Source: Marsupella aquatica (lineage: Eukaryota; Plantae; Marchantiophyta). From it: a DNA stretch of 64,000 nt. Position 1 is the first letter of the stretch. Each line of letters starts with the position of its first letter. The translations under genes and the position numbers were made by a program. Below, piece by piece: positions 26,214 through 39,525 of this stretch. Below the pieces are notes generated by a model. It searched no databases, had not been told where the DNA came from, and was given only the letters and a program-made list of their open reading frames with translations. The DNA is taken from NCBI GenBank assembly GCA_973895155.1, contig OZ316897.1, forward strand, positions 3,752,211 through 3,816,210. Reading direction: 5' to 3'.

Positions 26214-26803
26214 ATGGCCATGGCGTCGTGCTTTCTCTCGTGCTCCCTCTCCTCCGTTGCGCTCACCTCGACCGCTTCTACCTCCGCTTCAAGCCTTCGA
26301 AGCTCCAGCTCTTCAACTCTCGCTGGTATTCACTCTCCCTCTCTCTCTTATCCGTCCGCCAACCGTAGGTAAACTATCTAATGAAGCTGCAATGGAATCG
26401 CCGGACGAATTCTAAATGCTCAGTGGCATGACTGATTTTCTGTGGAGTTGCTCACCGCTCTGCTGTGATTTGATTGTGTCTGACAAAGACCCTCCAATTT
26501 TTGTGCTCAGGTGGGCGGTTCACCAGGGCACCCGTGAAGGTATGCCGGATTCAGAATATTGAAAGGCGCAATGCTGTCGTCAAGGCTGCTGCTGCTGCCG
26601 AAGGCGCTGCTCCTGAAGTAGTTGCGGAGCCCGCAGTAGAAGCTCCCTCTAACCCTATTTCTGAACTGAAGCTGCAGTCCGATATTTTGAAGAAGAAGGC
26701 TAAGAAGGAAGAGCTCAAACGAAAGAGGTTGGTCCGGAAGCGCCACCTTAGGAAAAAGGGTCGCTGGCCACCCAGCAAGATGAAAAAGAATCAGAATGTG
26801 TAG
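26214..26803 (+). CDS. PSRP5: Plastid-specific 50S ribosomal protein 5 (cL37), 2 exons
   Basis: Exons 26214-26364 and 26511-26803. Ser-rich transit peptide. Diagnostic C-terminus RKRLVRKRHLRKKGRWPPSKMKKNQNV. Confidence 0.9.
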
Positions 26804-28764
26804 AAACGGTAATTAGTGGCTGCACACTACTCTTCTTCTACTCTTTTGACCGGCTGATTGACGCCGAGAATTTTTATCCGGGGAGGTTTATGGACCAATA
26901 AAATCCGATAATTGAAACACGCTGAATTCTCTCCAGGCTTTCGGAGTTCCTTACTGAGCACGAAGGTGTCGCCGACAGTACGTGTACGTCTAACGTTACT
27001 TTTGTTTCGACCTGGTTACAATCCAATTTTGAATATTGAGTCCAGTGTGAGCATTGTTTCTCTTGCACTCGGTTACAATATAATTATGACTGCCGCGGTT
27101 CGTGTGAGCAATGTTTCTCTGAATTTGACGTGATGTGGACGTTTAGCCCTTGTCAAATGGGCGTTGTTTAGGACCGAAAATCTCCTTTCAACACCGTAAG
27201 CTTGTCCTGGTATGAGACTCGTGTGGGCATTGCGTGTATCTGGATATTGGCATGACTTAGAAAAACTGGGAAATTTTGATCAAATTCATGACGCTTCGGC
27301 ATGGTGATCCTGATGTGCTTGAGGGTTGATGAAGACTTCTGTTTGTCGAACCTCATGCCAATGTGGGAATCTGAAATCTACCCGAATTGATACAATTCTG
27401 ATATCTTCTATGCACGGGCCACCCCATCAAATGAGGAGCAGAGCACTGAAAACTCTACTTTTGTGTCGCACATAGCCTGGAATGTCTTCTGGATAAGCTT
27501 CAATGTGACCTGATCGGCTCTCTATAATTCGTTGCAAATAACAAGCCCTTTTACTTCCTTTTGGTGAATTAGTTGATGAGCTCTCCTTATCACGAAACTG
27601 GTCAGGGATTCAAATCCCTTGGTAAAAAGATGGCGGGACTTAGTGTTCCATCAAATACCTCGAATAGCGTCCGTCAGGGGTGATGCCTTTCATGGACCTT
27701 GTGTTCCTACCTCTTGAAGAAAGCAAGAATCGTCTGCCTGTAGTGTAGAAGACTCAAATGAAGTGAATGAATGGGAAATTCAACATTCGAAATAATAATC
27801 TGTTGTCCACAGACTTCAAGTACTGGAAGGGGATCGTGAAAGTGAAGGCCGTCTTACAGAGAAGAAGACCAGATGGGGAATGGGGTACGCCTCTAGGATA
27901 AGAAGGGGATCTATACTCTGCTGGTAGGGCAACCAAAGCCCTCCACAAAGGGGAAGAACCAGCTTCGAAATGAGAACTTCAGTTGGAATGTGCCTTGATT
28001 CCAGCTGTTCATCTACTCTGGAAAGAGATGGTGCTTGAATGTGTTTTCAACTGGAATGGATTCTGGTACAGTCATGTCTTAGATTTTAACTAGAGTGTTT
28101 CTAATGCAAATTGCAGTTCCTCTTGAGCATTATATATACCCTTTGCAATTCAGTTGGATAAGTTAAGTATATGCTTTGATCTTGCATCAATTCAGCATAC
28201 CTCAAGAAATATATGAAGTTGGCAGCATCGACAACATCATTTGGGAGGGCAAGTAAACAGAAAGCTCGATTCCCCAGTGTCTGTCTATGTAACTTACTAC
28301 TGTAGATTTCGATCGATTCGTGGATTGAATTGTGTTGCATCCTTTGCAGCTGACCGGACAATCTCATTTCTGTTGATTAAAGAAGGTAAGCAGGGAATTT
28401 TTCGGCGTCAGATTTCTTGCGCATGATTTATTTATTGTCATCTTGAGGTGGCTTGCTTGAACCTTGGATTGGTCATTCCATAAGCGATTGCAAGCTAAAC
28501 GTTAGAATCGTCTCGACTGATTCGTTGGGTCGCTCATGTTGAATCAGCACTTCCGCTCGTCATTTCGGACTGAAGTTGTTCTGCAGGCGCCGAGTCAAGC
28601 TTGAAGATCCCCTTTAGGTTAATAATTTGTGGATATATATCAATGGGTGAGTCACCGTTACAAAAGGCCATTCCAAGAAAAAACCTCCAGCAACAGGAGC
28701 CTCTAGGGTCGCCAAGAGACAGAGAACTGCCTCATGACACTTTATTCAGCCGTGGTGCTTGAGG

Positions 28765-29043
28765 CGTCTATCCAAAACACAAGTACCTTCACTTCGAAGA
28801 GTGCTTTGAGCTTACATTCACAATCTTTACAATTGAGCATACAATTCTATTACTAGGCCCTATAGAATTGCACTTGTCAGGCCATAGTTTTCCTAGTGAC
28901 ATTCGTCTGTCCAAAACACAAGTACCTTCGCTTCGAAGAATGCTTTGAGCTTACATTCACAATCTCTACAATTGAGCATACAATTCTATTACTAGGCCCC
29001 ATAGAATTGCACTTGTCAGGCCATAGTTTTCCTAGTGACATTC
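28765..29043. repeat. Near-perfect 139-bp tandem duplication
   Basis: CGTCT(A/G)TCCAAAACACAAGTACC...CCTAGTGACATT occurs twice with about 5 transitions. Confidence 0.92.
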
Positions 29044-29254
29044 AGCGATTGAAAGGAACGGGAATGGCTTCTCTAAAGTTTGGCAATCACAAAACCTACC
29101 TTCGAAGTCGTTGGCAGATAATAAAGTCGCCATTGTCATCAATAGAATAAAGAGCTTTCGCTGGATCTCCAACGAGTTCCTGCGACGCACAGAGCGCTCC
29201 CTTATGGCCCTCAGAGTTTCCGATTGGTTCCAGGACGATAGTGCCTAGGTCTCG

Positions 29255-29560
29255 GCGGATCCTAAACAGGCACGACTCGGATCCTTGTCCCCTTGTGGCT
29301 GCCCTACATAGATATGCATGCTCCAAAGCACGACTCGGATCCTTGGGTATTGTCCCCTTGTGGCTGCCCTACATAGAGTGGCTGCCCTACATAAAAATGC
29401 ATGCTCCAAAGCACGACTCGGATCCTTGGGTATTGTCGCCTTGTGGCTGCCCTGCATAGAGTGGCTGCCCTACATAGAAATGCATGCTCCAAAGCAGGAT
29501 GTCTATCCTCTGTTGGATGGGCTTGCTTTCGATATCCAAGGAAAAAAAAACAAAAACTTG
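29255..29560 (+). repeat. 5'-truncated copy of the SINE-like/minisatellite family seen at 20246-21305
   Basis: Units GCATGCTCCAAAGCACGACTCGGATCCTTGGGTATTGTCCCCTTGTGGCTGCCCTACATA. End GGGCTTGCTTTCGATATCCAAGGAAAAAAAAA matches the reverse complement of 20246-20290. Confidence 0.8.
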
Positions 29561-29810
29561 GGCGTCGTTTTCTTCACCAGAAATTCCTTTGGGTGATTAC
29601 CGATCACGAACTTCTGAACTGGACGCAAGAAGTGCTGGATTACAATTTATTCTTTCGACCATTGAACAGCCTATTTGCACGAAATACACTTGGGCCACGT
29701 TCTTTCGAAAATAAAATCATCCCCGTACACTTCTCCATCAACGAACTTCAAAAAAGTGTCAGTACCACTTCTGCTTTTACTCCAGTACCTCTTATGCTTT
29801 TACTCCACTG

Positions 29811-30033
29811 TACTTTGTTTAATCCTTTTTCATTCCTTCTCAACGATACTGTGTTTAATCCTTTTTCATTCCTTCTCAACGATACTTTGTTTAATCCTTT
29901 TTCATTCTTCTCTATCATAGTTTAATCTGTTTTCATTCCTTCTCTATCGACAATACTTTGTTTAATCCTTTTTCATTCCTTCTCTGTCAACTATACGTTG
30001 TTTAATCCTTTTTGATTCCTTCTCTAGCAACGA
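29811..30033. repeat. ~36-bp pyrimidine-rich minisatellite, 6 copies
   Basis: TACTTTGTTTAATCCTTTTTCATTCCTTCTC(AACGA) repeated. Confidence 0.92.
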
Positions 30034-31448
30034 GTTTTAGAACTGGACGCAAGATAGTGCACTTTTCGGTACCGGCTGTGATTCTCTGGGTCCCTATGAT
30101 GTGTCCCGCGTGGTTTACTGCCACGAGTTTCAAGGTCCTTGATACCCTGCATGTGCTTGTCCGCTTCGGCGAGTAAAAGTAGGGAATATCTTCAAACATT
30201 GATGAGGCCCACCACAGCGTTTCCCAAGGTCGCTTTAGACGACAGGGACTATATCCCAAAACATCTGGGTAGTGGAACCTTCTCTGTCGTCATTGATTTG
30301 GACTGACCGATTTCCGTCTCTATGCCGGAAGGTCTCGAGTTCGCTGGAGCTACAAATTCCATGGAGGCTACTGGGATTGATGTGAATCAGATGAAACTTT
30401 CCTTTGCGAGAAGTTGGCTAACGATCTTCTGCATTTTTGAAACCAAGAAAAAGAACAATACAAATTCCAGATGATCCACCCCGGCGGAGAACTGGATCCA
30501 CTATGTCGTTCACTGGCACACAAAGAAAGTTGTTTGAGAGTTGCAGTGAAAATATCGCATTATCAGTCAGACGTTGTCTGCCAGCTTCAGATACTCGCTA
30601 CAGTCGCTATTGGAAGGTAACTTAGGCTAATAACATCACTGTTAACAAACCTATCAGGTAAAACGAGCTGAGTGTAGAACGGGAAAAACCATTCGATGCA
30701 TGCGCAGCTTGGGAGACCTCATACGCTTTCCAATGTCTCGTCGACCTCACAAGCTAGGAATGCATACAAAACAACTCAAGCTAATCATGGCGACTTTCGA
30801 GTCAATGTCCAATATTGAAATTGGAAGTGGCTTCACGAGCGACGTTAACAGGCAGGTATGATCCATGTATCCAATGCTGGCATCCAGGCACATAATTTTT
30901 CCAGACTTGCGCACCTTGGTGAGATCATTTTTCACTTTACATAACCCAGTTAAATTTAAAGTTCAGACCTGTCTGCAACCTCTTGTACCATGAAAGGAAA
31001 GAGAGCAAGATACCAACCAGAATGATATTATCCATAGTATCAAGACGAGTAAGGAATGTTGCCAGCAGAAGAATTTTATTCAGAATGGAAAATTGGCATG
31101 AGCCAGTTAATAATGTAAGGAGTCACATGACACATGGTCTCTAGGACAGATAAGAAAATTGACAGAAGTTCATTCTAGAATAAAACTGAGTAGAAATTTT
31201 CTCAACATCTACCAAAACGCCGAACAGATCTCAAAAGTTCTAGGTGCTGTTATGGGAATGACTATCAAGCACCGAATGATTTTTGCTGCGGTTGCATTTT
31301 TCTCCGTGTCTGCTTTCATGTCTACAAATTAAAAATCAAAGTCTAATGACTGGATTCCTGTGACGGAGTTGTCACAAGTGGCATAATCCTAGTGGCGACT
31401 AGCTTTGTAGATTGGAGTTAAACACACCACTAGCGGATTGTGGGCACA

Positions 31449-34109
31449 TCACCACAACCCCAAGAACTTCCACCAGACACTTCCTACGCCGAGCCAGATC
31501 ACAATATTCACCACACTAATAAGGAAGCCATAACCCCACCACTTTGCTAGTGGAACGTACCCTGCACCGTAAAAGACAGGAGCTGATCCAATCCCATAGT
31601 GAGTAAGTCCTCCCATTAAATTGGAGAGAAAGGCGAGAACCAATGCTCCGAACAGAGGAGGGGTACCCAAGGCGGTTGACACAGACAGGAATGCAGTGAA
31701 CATGGCTCCAATGTGGGCTGCTCCACTTGCAAACAGATAATGAGAGTAGAAGTAGAGAAGCACCAAAATGCCAAAGGATGCCTGCCATGATAGCCCCAAA
31801 CCCCCCACAACCTGCACCACCAGCACCACACACCAGACACAAAAACATTCAGTGGATCGTTGAAGGTGAGACGCACTACCATTGCCTTCGGAGACAGAAA
31901 TTGTTAGACCCAAATACTGGAGAAAAAGCTTTTCAACCAGAAGCATACATTCGGAGTAAAAAGGAAGAATGTTTTAATGCAGAAAGTGGGCGACTCTTGG
32001 ACCACCTATTTGCATGACATCCGAAGATATAAAGGTTACATGAAAAACGACCTCGTTGGTAAACTGACTCTCGGACATCGGATATGTCAAAATCGGTTAG
32101 GATCGATAGACCGAGCTATTTCTATGCCTGAGAGCCGGGAGCTGTCGACATTGTAGTTAAAGTTGATGAAAATCAGGACTCCTTGAAAATAAATTCCTGA
32201 AAAGTCATACCGAGCAGGGTAGGTAGTTCAGAGATCGCACCTTGACAACAGTCTGGCTGAACCATGCGATCAGACCATACTTGTTCAAATAATTCGCCAT
32301 TGCAATCAGAGCGGCAAACCACGTAAGTGTATCCCAAGCGACGGATTCTCCGAGGCATTCCTTCCAGGTCACCACGCCGGTACTCAGAAGAACTGAAAGT
32401 CCCAAAATCGCAGCAGTCACCGCATCGATCTTTAAGAACCCACCGAAAATCCAGAGACCCACCTGCCAGCCCAACACATATTTCGATTGAGACATTTGGA
32501 TCATATCTACTAAAAAACCCTAACGAATCATGTGTACCCAGTAGGCACCCAAAAATTTCAAAACATGAAATGATACAGAGAATTCCCACAATTCACTAGA
32601 CCGGGCTTCGGATCATCTATACAGACCAGGACTAAAGAATCATTTGCACATAAGAGGACTGCAGAATTCAGGAGGTGCTACGGCAGGCTTGCAAGCCACT
32701 CACTAAGAAAGAATTTCGATCATATATACCTCCGCAGAGTTTTAGTGTAGAATTCAGAAGTGACTTAGAAGGCTTGCAGTACCTCAGCGAGATAAAACAA
32801 TCATGCGTCTATTCACAGCAAGACGAAAGCGTACACAACGTACATAACAGGACTCTGATAATTTCTCTCCTTCTCTACTTATTTTGCTATGGAAGACTTG
32901 TGATGGTAGAAACATCCTAGGCAGATCACTCAGTTAGTATACCGTGGCTAGGAGAGTGACGGCCATGATGGTCTCATTGGTGCCCATGGGTCCCATCTTG
33001 GCAAGGTTTTCACGAGCCAGCCTTGGAGCATCAGGGCTGCTCTTCACTTCCGGAGGGTAGATAATGTAAAGCAGCAATGGGACAACCAACAGAGAAATGA
33101 AGCCGGGTACAATGGCAGCCACAGCCCAGTCAGTCCACCCAATGGTCTGGCCAATGGCGCCAGCAGCCAAATTCACACTCAACGGATTGGCAGCCATGGC
33201 AGTCAGGAACATGGCCGACGACACCACGGACGTCTGGAAGCACGTGAGCATGAGCCATGACCCCAGCTTTCCCTCCGTCCCATCCCCAGCCCGGCTTCCA
33301 CAGGCAATGCACAGGGCCTTCACTAGAGGAAGGAAAATCCCTCCCGCACGAGCTGAGACCGAGGGAATTGCAGGTGCCAAGAGGGCCTCGCTGAAGACGA
33401 GGCTGTACCCCAACCCGAGAGATGTCTTCCCGAAGAGAGCCACAAACTGGTACGCCACTCGGTTCCCAAGTCCGGTCTTGATGAACCCTTTTGCGAAGAA
33501 GAAGGCCAACGCAATGAGCCACGGGATGGGATCCCCGAAGGCGCTGAACGCAGCAGCGAATGTGAGGGTCTTGGTCAGCACGGCAGCTCCCAAACCCATC
33601 AGCGCCACAGCCCCTAGAGGCAGGGGCTGCGTGATGATGCCCACAATGGTGGCCAAGAAGATGGCGAGCAGCTGCCATGCGTTCCGTGTCACTCCAGACG
33701 GAGTGGGGACGAACCAGATGATGACTCCCGTCAGAATGGACGCAACGAGGGGCTTCAAAGCTGCACCCTGCCATTTCTCCACCGGCTTTGGTGGTGGTGT
33801 GGCCGGAGCTGGCACTGCTGCTCCTGCTGCCGATGCCCTCACATTCAACCCCACATTGCTCCTCCCCTTCTTGCCATGGCTCACACTCCTCAATCTCAGA
33901 CTCTCCGTCGAGCCATTGCCAAGAGCTGCTCCGCCAGAGCTGCAGCTCACGGCCTCAGAGGAGATCGACAACCCCTTCCATGATGAAGAAGCGCCCGAGA
34001 CCCTCACGACGGGCCGCCTGGATGCGGGAGAAGCTCCTCCTCCCGATGCGAGTGGGGAGACGGCAGGCGCAGCACGCAGAGCAGACTGGGCAGCAGCTGC
34101 AGCCGCCAT
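31449..34109 (-). CDS. DiT1: Plastid 2-oxoglutarate/malate translocator (DASS family), 3 exons
   Basis: Exons 34109-32943, 32462-32241, 31811-31449. Transit peptide. Motifs WQGAALKPL, AIPSVSARAGGIFLP, SSAMFLTAMAANPL, AWDTLTWFAAL, GGLTHYGIGSAPVFYG and WWKFLGLW. Confidence 0.95.
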
Positions 34110-34839
34110 AGCTGCTCCTCTCTCACCCCTGTGGAAGTGTGGAAGTGTGGATTGTGGGTGGATGAATTGAATGAGCTGAGCTCGTGAGCTCACACGAACG
34201 AGGTGGGCACAGAAAGAGGAGAGGAGAGGAGAGGAGAGGAGGGAGAATCGAGCGAGAGGGAGGCGATCACGAGGAGAAGTGTGGAGCATGATCGAAAGGG
34301 TTTTGGCTCACCTCACCTGTTTTCCAAGCAGCATTACTTTGGGGTCATTTCCAAGGCATTACTTGCACTGCATTCCTATTTTTAGCAAAGGGCTTCCTTG
34401 CCAAGAGAGAGAGACATGAGTATGGATTAGAGTAACCCTTCTTTTAATAGGGCATGAGTGGGTCTCAAACCTCAAAATTTGATGGACCTTTACTTAATAC
34501 TGAAGGCTACTGACTGCCAAATTTCATGATTCATAACTTTTTGTCATAGATGTTTGGTCATATGCCATGAGGATAAGTAATTGTAGAGGCTAGTGAAAAA
34601 ATGAACTTCTACAAGACCCTATGATAAAGCTATGACCACTTGTTTATAAAAGCCATCATCTATAACTATGAAATTTCTCCAAAAATGCCCTTTAAATTAC
34701 AAAGTGAAAATTCACAAAGAGTGTTCAGTGTACTAACAACCTCTTACCGGAGCATCTTCTCCATAAATGCACTGAAAATTAGGGAGAGAAATCACAAAGG
34801 GCATTGACACTAGAAGAATCCGAGGTGAACTGAGACCGC

Positions 34840-35165
34840 AATATATGACTCATTTTGGCTCATGTGACTTCATTGTGACTCAACGTGACTTGACCCACGC
34901 TGTGACCCTTGGAGTTGCAAAAGTTGAGACCAAAAAATGGAAGTCACTATTGATACTGGGCTTTGCAACTTGCTTGATACCCATTTGTGACTGATCTGTG
35001 ACTTTATTGTGGAGTCTAGCCTTGTTTCGACGTGACTGCAATATGACTTCAGCGAGTCACATCGTAAGTCACATACATGACTTACCCGCATTCAACAACG
35101 ACTAGCGTGTGACTATTTAGTGTCACAGGAGAGACCAATGGAGACCCTGGCCCGCGTCACACAAC
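34840..35165. repeat. CACTA subterminal repeats (GTGACT/ATGACT in both orientations)
   Basis: About 15 copies near the left end; a sparser set at ~51640-51815. Confidence 0.8.
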
Positions 35166-35662
35166 AGAACCATTTGGGACTCTATATACTCATGTTTATA
35201 ACTAATAAGGTTCACATGCAAGTTATAACCATGACTAATGAACACAGAGGGACAGTTCATAAGGAGAGAGAGCACTCGACATTACAATACATAGAAACCT
35301 GATGTTCTAACTTTAGAAATATAACACATTGAATACAAGAAATGAACATAGCATGAATGACATCCACATGAAACAAAGCATCATATAAGCAGATCCTACA
35401 TAAAACATTCATAAGAATTAAACACAATCACAATCTTGCTAAAAAATGAAGATCATTTGAATTCCAATGGAATAGTTTACAATGTGATCAATGTAATTTA
35501 GACAAAACAGGAACTCATAATTGATGACTGTAGGATGAGATAACTGAAAGCACATGCATGATACTATGAATCTCCAAGAGGACATGATTCTTGTACTGCT
35601 TCTTGACATCTAAAATCTACATAACATGACTCACACTACAAACAAATAATGGCATGACATTG

Positions 35663-38600
35663 TTATGGATCCTCTATGAACTTGCTTGGCCATAATACCA
35701 AAGAACCTGCAGCATCTCCAAGTGTCTTTTGAGGAGGATCATCATTTGTGTTTGGAATGGGAAGGACAGCTTTAGGTTTCACTAGTAATGTGACTAACAC
35801 TACTGAATAACCTGGGGGAATCCTCTTGCCATGGAACGTTGTGGAACCAACCTGCACTCTGGCAAATCCTACTCGTGTTCCACTCTCATCAACAGCTAAC
35901 AAGCCACTTTGTCCCTCAGCATTAGGTGCTTTCCCCACTTTCACCTTAGATCTTTCTGCCAGCACTGTTCTTGGAGGTTTGTATGAAACCTTTGACGTGG
36001 CTCTGCTCCCACCAGCAGACTTGCTTCGTGTGCGCATGCTTCCTCTCTTCACAGTAGTGAAGCTAGGCTCAGTAGGTTCCTCTGTTAGGACTGTCACAGT
36101 AGCAGGTTCATCACCTGGGAGTGTCATACCAACTAACTCTTTGGTTGGATTTATCTCAACAAGAGGCACACCTGTCATTGAGAATGATACATTCTGCAAA
36201 TCATTTATCTCTGCAATGGAGTCAAGATCTACATAGCATGAATCTGGCTCAATGGTATCATTGTCATGCTTGCTGATATCCTCATTTGCCCCAACATTGA
36301 TATCATCCACTCCCTTGCCAATGTCATCCTCATCCAAACATGGTTGACTGCCCTCTGTCAAACAAGTTGCTTGTACAGACTGCAACTTTGTTGCCTCTAA
36401 ATTACAGCGAGTATTTGCCAGGTTCTCATACTTCTTCTCTGTAGCACCTGTCTTATTCTCTATGGACACAACAACCACAATATATGTTACTGAAAATAAC
36501 ACATTCAACAAACAATGTCAATTCAAACTATACATTTAATAATCATATCCCACACAGTTGTAAAGGCCTTACCTTCAAGCCTACATGTCGTTGGCATGCC
36601 AGAAGAGTGCATCGACTTTGCCACCTCAAGTGGTGATGGTGGAACTCCTGCAGAATTGGAATCAATTTTATCTCTCACCGACACAACAGCTTCCATTAAT
36701 GTCTTGAAGTTCACATGGAACAAGTCAGTCAATGAATTCAAACATTCATTGATCTCTGGAAGACATGTTTCGACAGCCTTCAAACGACCACTTATCTCTG
36801 TAAGTGAAGATCCACCTCCCTACATGACACAGGGGTATAGGTTCAATCACTCCATATGAAATGTTGGGCAATATATGCACAATCAATGTTATATACAGTG
36901 CACACCTGAAATTCAACGCAGGTCATTCAATTACCAATCAGAACTCATATAACTTACATGCTTGGAGGATTCAGATGCACCCTCTTGAGCCCGGGTGTTC
37001 ACAATTTCAGCCCTCAACTCTTCTTTTGAAGGGCTTTGCCCCAATTGGGCTTTCTGCACATGCATGGCAAACACAAGTTATCGATCAATATTCAGGGAAC
37101 GTACACTAAAAAACAAAGTTTACATGTATGGGTTTACACTAAAAAATAGTACATAGTGTAGCATAAATTACATAGCTAGGCCATTCATTCTTACCAAACG
37201 TTTAGCTGTCGGTGCAGTGCTAGTCCTTCCTGTCATATTAGGGTTCTGAACACTCAACCTGGCCTCGGTCATCTATGAACTCTTCTTTTTTGAAGCATCT
37301 GTTACAAAATAAGCTACTAACCTTGCCCACACTTTATCATCACAACTGGCTGGTGGAGGCATATTTGGCTTCTCCCCACCTTCCTTCCAAGCCTTATGCA
37401 TTCTCCACCTCTCTTGCTTGATAATTTTACCTGCTGTACTCTCTAGGCAACCTATGTCCACGCCATCATCACTGCCCACATAATTCCATTTGGCAGCAAC
37501 ATTTTCACATACAGTCTTCCAATCTTTTGGATGCTGTTTTTTAAAATTAATAACACTCACATCTAACCAACGCAATACTTCAGTTTTCAAATCAGCATGC
37601 CATCGGTTCTTGCGAGGACACTCAACATCCACCCATTGTCTCTCATTCAACTTTACGTTCCCTTTCTTTGTCACCTCCCCTCGTGCACTGCTCTCGGTAG
37701 TACTGGGCGTTGTATTGGCCACCCCTTCATTCACCCTACCTGGGGTTCTGAAGCCACCTGGGAAAATACAATGCCATTCATGCTTGAGAACTACATATAG
37801 CAGAATGGATGACGGCAACATTCAATACTTCACTTCAAGAAAAATTCTTCAAACATACTTACCTGTAGCTCTGCCTGTAGATGCCTGTGCAGGGACTGCA
37901 CTCTGAAATTGTTGCGACCCTGGACCACCTGTCCAACCTAGTACAGGGGCCGGATGATGTCACTTTCTAGGTATGTGTGTGCAAACATATGTACTGAAAA
38001 CTAAGTACAAACTGTAGGAAAACAACTGAACATTCACCGACATACCTGTCCCCCTTCCGTGCTGCATCTGCATAGGGGCATTAGTGAATACTTGAGTCGA
38101 TGGTTCGACTGTCCAACCTGCACACATACATTTTCTATCATTATACATGTGCAGAGTCCCCCCCACGTGAATGGACTCCACATATAATGAGTTCTTCCAT
38201 TGCTGACAAGATCAGACATTACCTGCTCCTCTTCCAGCGTTTGTAGGTACTGAATTTTGATATCCCTGCCAATTACCTTCACCACCTTCCCAACCTTGTT
38301 CATTCCACAACCCACCACCATCCTCCCAACCTGGTTCAACCCATGTCTGTCCTTGTGGACATTGGAACTGATCATTACTAGCATTTGCCCAATCAGGTTG
38401 GGCAGAATCTGCATGCAATGGCAGGTGGACAGAATTTCATGTTGTCTGAATCCAATACATCCCAAACAATGTCAAAAATTGATATGCAGTCTGAAATTCA
38501 GGAGTGCCATGCCTTCACAAAGAACTGGCATATAGATATATACTCACATCCCCATGGTTGAGGTGGACGTCCATACCCACGAGATTGTGGGTTTGGACCT

Positions 38601-39370
38601 GCTCTGCCTCTACCGCGGGCATAACCTAGAGCTTGCCCCCTACCATAGTATTGGGCACCAGCCTGGGATCTACCACTACTACCACCTTGCCAACCTTGAT
38701 CAGAGGTCAGCCCCCCCTGCTGGTATGGTGCATGCACAGGCTTCGAAGGCAAAACAGAACTGGCAGGACGCTGCATCACATCACCAACTACAATGTCAGG
38801 AACTAAGCAAGGTACATATGTGTAGTACTGAACATATGAAACCTCTAAACAAGAGTTTTTAACTCAAAACCTTGTTGGGAAAACTACTTACATGTTTCTT
38901 TTGGGGCTGCTCTGCAATGTATTCATCTTCATAACCCCCATCCTCATCCATTTCCTTTGGAAAATACTCATCATCTGCATCTTCTTGTCTAGTGTCTGCA
39001 CCCACCTGTGCAGCATCAATGTCATCTCCACATTCTGCCATTGTAGGTACGACCTTCTTGCTCAACCTGTCACTCCGAAGCACAGGCCCAGAGATAGTGC
39101 TGGTCACCCTTCTTGCGTACTCCTTTTGTTTCTTTGAAAATGTTGTGGCTCTGCGATATTCCACTATGAGAATACAGTCACAATTTCAGTGCCACATTGA
39201 ACTATTCATGTCACACAAACTCAGCGGAGGGGTGTAGTTGAGAATCGTTCCCTTACAATTCAACCACATCCTTTTCCAGATCCAGTTCTGCGATTTTGGC
39301 TTTCACGTATGCTCGTTGTTCCATAGCTTTCCTTTCATACTCACACATCTCTGTGTCACTCTGTTCCATC
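35663..39370 (-). pseudogene. TnpA-like (Ptta/En/Spm and Tnp1-like) multi-exon second gene of the CACTA element
   Basis: Exonic ORFs 39253-39370, 38859-39164, 38498-38779, 38212-38418, 37200-37760, 36523-36783, 35663-36450. Motifs VWARLVAYFVTDASKKKSS*MTEAR and C-terminal FHGKRIPPGYSVVLV...LGDAAGSLVLWP. In-frame TAG at 37273. Confidence 0.7.
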
Positions 39371-39525
39371 CTACTGGACCACAAAAACATGTCATCTATG
39401 GTCACCCCGTATAACACAATGCAACCACAATCACCAGGCATCCATCCATACATCTGTGTTGCTTCAGAATTACTTTATTACACATCCTTCCCCTCACTAA
39501 TGTCCATGCAAACAATTCACATTAC

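Noticed and set aside
27560-27630. tRNA-like B-box GGATTCAAATCCC
   Set aside because: No convincing cloverleaf or A-box; at most a decayed SINE head.
33097-34170. 357-aa plus-strand ORF and other overlapping ORFs on DiT1
   Set aside because: Antisense shadow of a GC-rich conserved exon with no independent motifs.
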